Positions 14,446 to 22,103 of a DNA stretch of 32,000 nt are shown here, piece by piece. The notes under the pieces were generated by a model. It made no database searches and was not told the origin of the DNA. It saw only the letters and a program-made list of their open reading frames with translations. The stretch's first letter is position 1, and the number at the start of each line of letters is the position of its first letter. The DNA lies in assembly GCA_963767445.1 (NCBI GenBank), contig CAVYEF010000001.1:3204869-3236868 (forward strand), given 5' to 3'. Made by a program: the position numbers and the translations under genes. Origin of the DNA: an uncultured Alphaproteobacteria bacterium (GTDB lineage: Bacteria > Pseudomonadota > Alphaproteobacteria > Rhizobiales > Xanthobacteraceae).

Positions 14446-17400
14446 TGGCAGCTCTCGTTCTTTCCGTCGCGGGCGCCGCGGCCGGGGCAGTGTTCGGTCC
14501 GGCCGGCGCGATGGCCGGGCGGATCGCCGGCGCGCTGGTCGGCAATATCGTCGACCGGAAGCTGTTCGGGCCCGGCGACCAGAACGTGGTCGGGCCGCGG
14601 CTCGCCGATCTCGACGTGATGGCCTCGACCGAGGGCGCGCCGATCCCGCGGGTCTATGGCCGCGCCAGGCTTGCCGGCCAGGTGATCTGGGCGACGCAGC
14701 TCGAGGAGGTGGTCTCCAGCTCGACCACCTCGTCGGGCGGCAAGGGCCATCTCGTCTCCGGGCCCCGCACGACCACCACCACCTATTCCTACTTCGGCAA
14801 TTTCGCGGTCGGCCTGTGCGAAGGCGTGATCGGGCGGGTGGGGCGGATCTGGGCCGACGGCAAGCTGCTCGACCAGACCGACAAGACCATCCGCGTTCAT
14901 CGCGGCACCGAAGCGCAGGCGGTCGACGACCTGATCCTCGCCAAGCAGGGTGCCGGCACCGCGCCGGCCTACCGTGGCCTCGCTTACGTGGTGTTCGAAC
15001 GGCTGCCGCTGGCGGATTTCGGCAACCGCATCCCGCAATTGTCGTTCGAGATCGTCAGGCCGGTCGGCGAGCTCGAACGCATGATCCGCGCGGTGACGAT
15101 GATCCCCGGCACCACCGAATTCGGCTACGACCCATCCACCATCGTCGGGGTTCTCCTGCCCGGCACCTCGGCGCCGGAGAACCGCCACGTCTCGAACGCG
15201 GCCTCGGATGTACAGGCCGCGCTCGACGACCTCATCGGCGTCTGCCCCAACCTCGAACGCGTCGCGCTGGTGGTGGCGTGGTTCGGCTCGGACCTGCGCT
15301 GCGGGCACTGTACCGTGCAGCCCGGCGTCGAGAGCGCCGACAAGTTCGTCAGTGGCGGATCGTGGTCCGTCTATGGCGCGGCGCGCGGCAGCGCGCATGT
15401 CGTGTCGCAGGTCGGCGGCCGGCCTGCGTTCGGCGGCACGCCGTCGGATGCCAGCGTGGTGAGCCTGATCGCCGAACTGAAAGCGCGCGGGTTAAAGATC
15501 ACGTTCTATCCGTTTGTGGTGATGGACATCGCTGCCGGCAACGCGCTGCCGGATCCATGGAGCGGGGCGGCGTCGCAGCCGGCCTATCCGTGGCGCGGCC
15601 GCATTACCTGCGATCCGGCGCCGGGCCAACCCGGCTCGCCGCACGGCACCCCGGCCGCGGCGGCGCAGGTGGCGAGTTTCTTCTCCGGCGGCGACTGGAA
15701 TTATTGCGGCATGATCCTGCACTACGCCGACCTCGTGGCGTCGGCCGGCGGCGTCGAGGCGTTTTTGATCGGCTCGGAATTGAAGGGCCTGACGCGGGTG
15801 CGCTCCGCCGCGGGGGTCTATCCGGCGGTGGACGCGCTGGTGGCGCTGGCCGCGGATGTCAAGGCGATCGTCGGCGGCGCGACCCTGGTCAGCTATGGCG
15901 CCGACTGGACCGAATACGGCGCCGACGTGGTCGATGCATCGGAGGTGCGCTTCCCGCTCGATGCGCTGTGGGCCTCGCCGGCGATCGGCGCGGTCGGCAT
16001 CGACTGGTATGCGCCGCTCGCCGACTGGCGCGATGGCGCCGGGCATCTGGATTCCGCGCTCACGCCGTCGATCCATGACAAAAGCTATCTCGGCGGCAAT
16101 GTCGCGGGCGGTGAGGGCTACGACTTCTACTATGTCGACGACGCCGCGCGCGCGGCGCAGGCGCGCACCGGCATTTCAGACAGTCTCGGCAAGCCCTGGA
16201 TATTCCGTGCCAAGGACATTCTGAACTGGTGGTCGTCGGCGCATCACGAGCGCGTCGCCAATGCCGAACTGGCGTCGCCGACCGCGTGGATCGCGCGCTC
16301 GAAACCGGTATGGTTCACCGAGGTCGGCTGTCCCGCGGTCGACAAGGGCGCCAACCAGCCCAGCGTGTTTCCCGATCCGAAATCCTCGGAGAACGCCTTG
16401 CCGTATTTTTCCAGCGGCGCGCGTGACGACCTGATGCAGCGCCGTTATCTGGAATCGTTCATCGCCGCGTTCGATCCGGCCTATGGCGCCGACGTCGCGC
16501 GCAATCCGGTGTCGCCGCTCTATGGCGGCCGCATGGTCGATCTCTCCGCGCTGCATCTGTGGACCTGGGACGCGCGGCCCTATCCGGTGTTTCCCGGCGC
16601 GTCCGAGGTCTGGAGCGACGGACCGAACTGGCAGACCGGACACTGGCTCACCGGCCGGCTCGGGAGCGCGCCGCTGGACGCGCTGATCGGCGCACTGCTC
16701 GACGATGCCGGCGTGGACGGTGTCGACAGCGGCGGCTTGCGTGAGACGTGCGACGGCTATGTCGTCGATCGCCCGATGTCGCCACGCGCGATGATCGAGC
16801 CGCTGGCGATGGCCTACGCGTTCGACGCGACCGCGGCCGACGGCACGCTGCGCTTCGTGCAGCGTGGCGGCGCACCGGTCGCCGAAATTGTCGAAGACGA
16901 TCTGGTGCTGCCGGATCACGGCGCGGTGGCGCGGCTGACCCGCGCGGAGGAAACCGGGCTGCCGCGCGAGACCAGCCTTGGCTTCACCGACGCGGATGCG
17001 GATTACCGCCGCTCGGCGGCGATCTCGCGCAAGCTGGTCGGCGCCGCCGGCCGGGCGCTGCATTCCGATCTTGCCGTGATCACCAACGAGGCGGCGGCGA
17101 CGCGGCGCGCCGAAATCTGGCTGCAGGATCTGTGGGCGGGACGCGAGAGCGCGGAGTTCGCGCTCGGCGTGGCCGCGTTGCGATTAGCGCCGGGCGACGT
17201 GGTGGCGCTGACGCTGGGCGGCCGGCGGCGGCTGTTCGAGATCGGCGACCTGATCGATACCGAGACGCGGCAGGTCAAGGCGCGCAGCATCGATCCCGAG
17301 GTGTTCTCGGTGCCGCTGCAGCCGTCGCGCATGAGGGCGCCGCCGATTCCGCCGGCGCTGGGGCCGGTCGCGGTGACGGTGCTGGACCTGCCCGCGCTCG

Positions 17401-18293
17401 ACGCATCGGCGCCGGTCGTGCTGACCCGGCTGGCGGTGACCGCCAATCCATGGCCGGGCTCGGTGGCGATCTGGCGATCGTCCGACGGCACGGGTTTTGC
17501 AATCGCCGCGGTTGCCGCGGCACCTTGCGTGATCGGCGAGACGCTGGACGATTTGCCGGCGGGCCCGACCGCGCGCTGGGATCGCGGCAACCAGGTGCGC
17601 GTCAGGCTCTATGGTGGCGCGTTAACGTCGATGTCGGACGCGCGGGTGCTGGAAGGCGGCAACGCCGCCGCGCTGCGAAATGCCGATGGCGGCTGGGAGA
17701 TCTTCCAGTTCGCCAACGCCGAGCTGGTCGACGGCAACGTCTACCGGCTGTCGCGGCTGCTGCGCGGCCAACTGGGCAGCGAGGTCGCGATGGCCGCCTC
17801 GCTCGCGGCCGGCGCCACGTTCGTGCTGCTCGGCGCGCAGATGGTGCCGATCGCCGCCGGGTTGGACGCGCTGGATCGCCCGATGCAGTTGCGCGTCGTC
17901 GCTTCCGGGCGCAGCCACGACGACACCGCGGCGGTGGCGCTGACGGCGACGCCCGGCGCCACCGCGCTGAAGCCGCTGGCGCCGGTGCATGTCGCCGCGG
18001 TGCGCGCGGGCGACGGAATTCATGTCTCGTGGATCCGGCGCACCCGCATCGACGGCGACGGCTGGAGCGTCGAGGTGCCGCTTGGCGAGGAGCGCGAGGC
18101 CTACGCGCTCGACATCCTCTCCGGTGGCGCGGTGGTGCGGAGCGTCACATGCGCAACGCCGCAGGCGTTGTATGCAAGCGCAGACGAGCTTGCGGATTTC
18201 GGTATCGCGCAACCCAGCCTGCATGTGCGTGTCGCGCAACTCTCCGCGACGGTCGGCGCAGGATATGCGGCCGATGTAACGCTCATTGTTTAA
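14445..18293 (+). CDS. GTA g15-like large baseplate/host-specificity protein (megatron; GTA TIM-barrel-like domain)
   Basis: TGATG overlap with g14. 1282 aa. The N-terminus (Gly/Ala-rich, then GPRL.DL.V.AS.EGAPIP.VYGRARLAG.VIWAT) and overall size are characteristic of RcGTA g15 homologues. Confidence 0.95.
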   Translation: MAALVLSVAGAAAGAVFGPAGAMAGRIAGALVGNIVDRKLFGPGDQNVVGPRLADLDVMASTEGAPIPRVYGRARLAGQVIWATQLEEVVSSSTTSSGGKGHLVSGPRTTTTTYSYFGNFAVGLCEGVIGRVGRIWADGKLLDQTDKTIRVHRGTEAQAVDDLILAKQGAGTAPAYRGLAYVVFERLPLADFGNRIPQLSFEIVRPVGELERMIRAVTMIPGTTEFGYDPSTIVGVLLPGTSAPENRHVSNAASDVQAALDDLIGVCPNLERVALVVAWFGSDLRCGHCTVQPGVESADKFVSGGSWSVYGAARGSAHVVSQVGGRPAFGGTPSDASVVSLIAELKARGLKITFYPFVVMDIAAGNALPDPWSGAASQPAYPWRGRITCDPAPGQPGSPHGTPAAAAQVASFFSGGDWNYCGMILHYADLVASAGGVEAFLIGSELKGLTRVRSAAGVYPAVDALVALAADVKAIVGGATLVSYGADWTEYGADVVDASEVRFPLDALWASPAIGAVGIDWYAPLADWRDGAGHLDSALTPSIHDKSYLGGNVAGGEGYDFYYVDDAARAAQARTGISDSLGKPWIFRAKDILNWWSSAHHERVANAELASPTAWIARSKPVWFTEVGCPAVDKGANQPSVFPDPKSSENALPYFSSGARDDLMQRRYLESFIAAFDPAYGADVARNPVSPLYGGRMVDLSALHLWTWDARPYPVFPGASEVWSDGPNWQTGHWLTGRLGSAPLDALIGALLDDAGVDGVDSGGLRETCDGYVVDRPMSPRAMIEPLAMAYAFDATAADGTLRFVQRGGAPVAEIVEDDLVLPDHGAVARLTRAEETGLPRETSLGFTDADADYRRSAAISRKLVGAAGRALHSDLAVITNEAAATRRAEIWLQDLWAGRESAEFALGVAALRLAPGDVVALTLGGRRRLFEIGDLIDTETRQVKARSIDPEVFSVPLQPSRMRAPPIPPALGPVAVTVLDLPALDASAPVVLTRLAVTANPWPGSVAIWRSSDGTGFAIAAVAAAPCVIGETLDDLPAGPTARWDRGNQVRVRLYGGALTSMSDARVLEGGNAAALRNADGGWEIFQFANAELVDGNVYRLSRLLRGQLGSEVAMAASLAAGATFVLLGAQMVPIAAGLDALDRPMQLRVVASGRSHDDTAAVALTATPGATALKPLAPVHVAAVRAGDGIHVSWIRRTRIDGDGWSVEVPLGEEREAYALDILSGGAVVRSVTCATPQALYASADELADFGIAQPSLHVRVAQLSATVGAGYAADVTLIV

Positions 18294-18316
18294 CGCAATG
18301 GATCAAAACAACCCAT

Positions 18317-18457
18317 GTCGTCCCCGCGCAGGCGGGACCCATAACCACCGCGTATCGCGTCCGGGACACGAGATTTTGTCATTGCGAGCGCAGCGAAGCA
18401 ATCCAGCGCAACAAGCCAGGAACTGGATTGCTTCGTCGCTTCGCTCCTCGCAATGAC
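18317..18457. repeat. Single family-A arm plus a family-D palindrome
   Basis: GTCGTCCCCGCGCAGGCGGGACCCATAACCACCG, then GTCATTGCGAGCGCAGCGAAGCAATCCAG...CTGGATTGCTTCGTCGCTTCGCTCCTCGCAATGAC, between g15 and the DUF2793 gene. Confidence 0.85.
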
Positions 18458-18475
18458 GACAGCAGGAATCACATC

Positions 18476-20293
18476 ATGACGGACACACCGAACCTCGGGC
18501 TGCCTTTCATCGAGGGCAGCCAGGCGCAGAAGCATGTCACGCATAATGAGGGTTTAAGGATTCTCGACGCGGCGATTCAGATCGCGGTGCTGGACCTGAC
18601 GCGCACGGCGCCGCCGTCTTCGCCGGCCGAGGGTGAGCGCCACGTCGTGGCGATAGGGGCGGGCGGGGCGTGGGCCGGGCACGGCAATGCGATCGCGACC
18701 TGGCAGGACGGCGCCTGGGTGTTCCTTGCGCCGAAGTCCGGCTGGTGCATCTGGTCGGCGGCCGACGCCGTGGTGTTCGTGTTCGACGGCGCGGCGTGGC
18801 GCGATCTGCGCAATCTCGCGGTCGACAACCTGCCGCATCTCGGCATCAACACCACGGCCAGCGCGCCCAATCTGCTCAGCGTCAAGTCCAATGCGGCGCT
18901 GCTCGCCGCGGTCAACGCGGCGGACGGCGGCAGCGGCGATGCGCGATTGCAGCTATCGAAGGAAAGTGCCGCGAAAACTGCGTCGGTGTTTTTCTCCGAC
19001 GCATTCTCCGGCCGCGCCGAATTCGGGCTGGTCGGATCGGATGCGTTCAAGCTGAAAGTCTCCGCCGACGGATCGGCCTGGGTGGAAGCGCTCGGCATCG
19101 ACCAGGGCAGCGGCAACCTCGCGCTGCCGCGCGGCCTCGCACTCACCGGCGTGATTTCGCCGCCGCAGATCACAGCGAACCAGAACGACTACAATCCGTC
19201 CGGCGTTGCAACCGCGTCGGTGCTGCAGGTTTTCTCGGACGCGGCACGCAGCATCTCCGGCCTCGCCGGCGGCGCGGAGGGGCGCGTCGTCAGCCTGATA
19301 AATATCGGCAGCCAGCCGATCGCGCTGCTCGACGAGAGCGCGTCATCGACGGCGGCCAATCGCTTCACGCTCGGCGCATCGCTGACGCTGCCGGCGAAGC
19401 AGGCGGCGCTGCTGCGCTATGACGGCACCGCCACGCGCTGGCGCCTGGTTGCCGGCACCACCGGACTGCTGGCGGCGGCGAACAATCTTTCCGATCTGGC
19501 CAGCACGGCGACCGCGCGTGCCAATCTCGGCGTCCGCGAGCAGTTGAGCGCGAACCGGACCTATTATGTGCGGACCGACGGCGCCGACACCAATAACGGC
19601 CTCGCCAATACCGGCGCCGGCGCTTTCCTCACCATCCAGAAGGCGATCGACACCGTCGCTGCGCTCGATCTGTCGATCTTCAATGTCACCATCCAGGTCG
19701 CCGACGGCAGCTATGGCGGCGCGGTGCTGGTATCGGCGCCATGGGTCGGATCGGGCGGCGTCACCTTGCAGGGCAACACCTCGACGCCGGCGAACGTGCT
19801 GTTCTCCACCGGCGCGTCGGACACGATCAGCGTGATCGGCGGCGGCGCACTGACGGTGACCGGGTTCAGGCTGACCAATTCGGGATCGTTCCTGCTGCAT
19901 GCCTCGTCGGGGTCGATCCGCTTTTCGGCGATGACGTTCGGTAGCTGCGGCTCGCAGCAGGTGCGGGTCACCGATGGCGGCCGCATTACCGCGACCGGCA
20001 ATTACGGCATCGACGGCGGCGCCGGCAATCACTGGAGCGCGATCGGCAACGGCATCGTCCGCGTCCAGGGCAAGACCGTCACCCTGACCGGCACGCCGGC
20101 GTTTTCGGGCGCCTTCGCCAACGCCGACCTGAGCAGCACGGTGCTGGTCAACGGCAACACCTTCTCAGGGTCTGCGACCGGGCCGCGCTATTCGGCGACC
20201 AACAACGCGGTGATCTCCAGCGGCGGCGCCGGCGCCAGCTACCTGCCGGGCAACGCCGCCGGATCGACCGGCGCCGGCGGGCAGTATGTCTAG
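18476..20293 (+). CDS. DUF2793-type GTA fibre-like protein with C-terminal beta-helix-like region
   Basis: AGGA upstream of the ATG at 18476. MTDTPNLGLPFIEGSQAQKHVTHNEGLRILDAAIQ is the DUF2793 signature. The central LSDLASTATARANLGV is a phage fibre-like motif. The C-terminus reads YYVRTDGADTNNG...FLTIQKAID plus G/S/T/N-rich rungs. Track ORF 16748..20293 is this gene plus an out-of-frame shadow over g15. Confidence 0.85.
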   Translation: MTDTPNLGLPFIEGSQAQKHVTHNEGLRILDAAIQIAVLDLTRTAPPSSPAEGERHVVAIGAGGAWAGHGNAIATWQDGAWVFLAPKSGWCIWSAADAVVFVFDGAAWRDLRNLAVDNLPHLGINTTASAPNLLSVKSNAALLAAVNAADGGSGDARLQLSKESAAKTASVFFSDAFSGRAEFGLVGSDAFKLKVSADGSAWVEALGIDQGSGNLALPRGLALTGVISPPQITANQNDYNPSGVATASVLQVFSDAARSISGLAGGAEGRVVSLINIGSQPIALLDESASSTAANRFTLGASLTLPAKQAALLRYDGTATRWRLVAGTTGLLAAANNLSDLASTATARANLGVREQLSANRTYYVRTDGADTNNGLANTGAGAFLTIQKAIDTVAALDLSIFNVTIQVADGSYGGAVLVSAPWVGSGGVTLQGNTSTPANVLFSTGASDTISVIGGGALTVTGFRLTNSGSFLLHASSGSIRFSAMTFGSCGSQQVRVTDGGRITATGNYGIDGGAGNHWSAIGNGIVRVQGKTVTLTGTPAFSGAFANADLSSTVLVNGNTFSGSATGPRYSATNNAVISSGGAGASYLPGNAAGSTGAGGQYV

Positions 20294-20334
20294 GCCGATG
20301 CGCGCGTGCTCCGGACGCAGCGCTGCGCCCGTGC

Positions 20335-20850
20335 TCAACGGGCCGGCTGTGGCAGTGGAGCGCCGCCCACCGAGATTGCCGGCGCCGGCTTTTTAGCCGC
20401 GATAGGTCTTTTTCGCGGGGCGGCCGGCGCCGGCGTCGGCGCGGTGGGAAGCGCGGCTTGCGCCGAGGCCGATGCGGCAGGGGACTGCAGCGCGTCGATC
20501 CTGGCGGCCAGCGCGGCTATCTGGTCGGACAGGCGTTTGATCTCGGCCTGCTGCGCGCCCAGAAGCTGCGACGTCGATTGCATGGTTCCGGCGATCTGCT
20601 GCTGGAAGGCCTGGAAGTCCGCGACCCCGACTGTCCTGTTCGCGGCTGCTTCGGCGGCGGCAGGTTTTTCGGACGCAGCGGAGGGAAAAATCGGCACTCC
20701 ATCGCTCCAGGTGTGCCAGAGCAACGCCGAGACGACGCCAACCACCGCAAGCCCGAGGGCTCCGACGACCCCGACCCAGCGCCGGCGTCTGGGCTCGGGC
20801 TCGACTTGGTAATCGGCATCGTCGGGCGCGTTATCGAATAGATGGGCCAC
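20335..20850 (-). CDS. Membrane-anchored coiled-coil hypothetical protein
   Basis: GTG start with GAGGA 6 nt upstream. One TM helix (WVGVVGALGLAVVGVVSALLW), a heptad-like segment (QQAEIKRLSDQIAALAARIDALQ), and a Pro/Ala-rich tail. It is convergent with the fibre gene. Confidence 0.55.
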   Translation of the reverse strand: MAHLFDNAPDDADYQVEPEPRRRRWVGVVGALGLAVVGVVSALLWHTWSDGVPIFPSAASEKPAAAEAAANRTVGVADFQAFQQQIAGTMQSTSQLLGAQQAEIKRLSDQIAALAARIDALQSPAASASAQAALPTAPTPAPAAPRKRPIAAKKPAPAISVGGAPLPQPAR

Positions 20851-21095
20851 CGTAAATCCTCAGTTCCAGCCGGACCTTACGACTTATCATGTCAGGCACT
20901 CAAGGGACCCGTTAGGAATTTCGACCATGCCGCGCTCGGTCGACGGGGTGTCGCGGCGGTAGCCGTGGACGCGCCGCCCATTAAGCCCATTCGTTAACCG
21001 GCTCGATTTTGTCGAGTTCCTCGCCGAAGTCGCGTTTCGCTGTCCCGATCTCGTTCATCGCGGTGCTGGAATAAGTCAGCTTCAACGCCGGTACC

Positions 21096-21118
21096 GCCGC
21101 CTGCCGGGCGGCTTTTTT
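21096..21118 (+). terminator. Intrinsic-terminator-like hairpin (GCCGCC-tgccg-GGCGGC followed by T6)
   Basis: 6-bp all-GC stem, 5-nt loop and a T6 run seen directly in the sequence. It sits only ~15 nt upstream of the GH19 start codon, with no recognisable + strand CDS upstream of it. Confidence 0.5.
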
Positions 21119-21133
21119 CACTGGAGCACGATC

Positions 21134-21889
21134 ATGTCGCAATCGTCTTTCGGCGAGGCTTTGTCGCGCCTGTGGCCCAATGGCGATGAAAAGATTCATG
21201 GCCTGCGCGCCGGCATCGTCGCGGCGGCACCCACCGTGTTCACGAGATACGGCATCGCGACGCCGCTGCTGGTCGCCCATGTGATGGCGCAGATCAGCCA
21301 CGAATGCGGCGCCGGCCACGACGTGGTGGAGAACCTCAACTATACCGCGGGGCGCATGGTGCGGGTGTGGCCGTCGCGGTTTCCGGCGCGGGCGATGGCG
21401 GCGCCCTATGCCGGCAATCCGCGCGCGCTCGCCAACAAGGTCTACAACGGCCGCATGGGCAACGCCCTGGGCTCCGACGACGGCTGGAATTTCCGCGGCC
21501 GGGGAGCGGCGCAGACCACCGGGCGCGAAGGTTATGCGCGGCTCGCCAGGGCAACCGGCCTCGATCTCGTCAATAATCCGGATCTCGTCAACGATCCCCA
21601 GCGCTTCCTCGAATGCGGGGTCGCCGATTTCATCCTCTGCGGCTGCCTGCCGTTCGCCAGGGCCGACGACGTGGTGGGCGTCACGCGGCGGCTGAACGGC
21701 GGCACCGTCGGCCTCGCACAGCGCCGGGTGTGGCTGGCGAAATGGAAGGCCGCCCTCGGATCGGCGCCAGTAGTGCTTGCACCGCCGCCCGCAAGGGCAC
21801 CGGTTGCGCAGGCGCCCTCTGCCGCACAACCGCAGTTCATGCTTGCGCGATTTATCGCCGCGATTGTCGCGGCATTCAGGAGAAAGTGA
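21134..21889 (+). CDS. GH19-type (chitinase-like) peptidoglycan hydrolase, putative GTA/phage endolysin
   Basis: GGAG 7 nt upstream. AHVMAQISHECG.....ENLNY.......VW.SRF........YAGNP.ALANKVY.GRMGN....DGW.FRGRG..QTTGR..Y matches the COG3179/GH19 phage lysozyme pattern. Confidence 0.85.
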   Translation: MSQSSFGEALSRLWPNGDEKIHGLRAGIVAAAPTVFTRYGIATPLLVAHVMAQISHECGAGHDVVENLNYTAGRMVRVWPSRFPARAMAAPYAGNPRALANKVYNGRMGNALGSDDGWNFRGRGAAQTTGREGYARLARATGLDLVNNPDLVNDPQRFLECGVADFILCGCLPFARADDVVGVTRRLNGGTVGLAQRRVWLAKWKAALGSAPVVLAPPPARAPVAQAPSAAQPQFMLARFIAAIVAAFRRK

Positions 21890-21891
21890 CC

Positions 21892-22056
21892 ATGCTTGAA
21901 CTCATGACTTTCATCGCCGGATTTGCCGGCGGCTACGCCGCCTCGATCTGGTCATGGCCGTGGATCCGCACGCGCGCGATCGGCGCGGGCGCCGAAATCA
22001 GCCGGCTTCGCGTGCGGGCAAAAGCGCTGGAGGACCGGATCAGGGGAGCGCTGTAA
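21892..22056 (+). CDS. Small membrane protein (possible holin/antiholin/spanin-like lysis accessory)
   Basis: AGGAG upstream. It starts 2 nt after the GH19 stop. 54 aa with one N-terminal hydrophobic helix (LMTFIAGFAGGYAASIWSWPW) and a charged amphipathic tail. The function is inferred from position. Confidence 0.5.
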   Translation: MLELMTFIAGFAGGYAASIWSWPWIRTRAIGAGAEISRLRVRAKALEDRIRGAL

Positions 22057-22103
22057 GCTGCCGCACCATCGCCATCAGCGACCATTCAACCCGGGAGAAC
22101 TGC

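Noticed and set aside
16748-18475. N-terminal 576 codons of track ORF 16748..20293, which overlap g15 in another frame.
   Set aside because: The translation is Arg/Gly/Ala junk until MTDTPNLGLPF at 18476. There the DUF2793 signature and an AGGA ribosome-binding site appear. The long extension is a GC artefact that also runs through a REP element.
20988-21008. CtrA-box-like sequence TTAAGCCCATTCGTTAAC upstream of the endolysin gene.
   Set aside because: The spacing is TTAA-N9-TTAA rather than the canonical TTAA-N7-TTAA(C). A lone TTAACC half-site is too weak to call.
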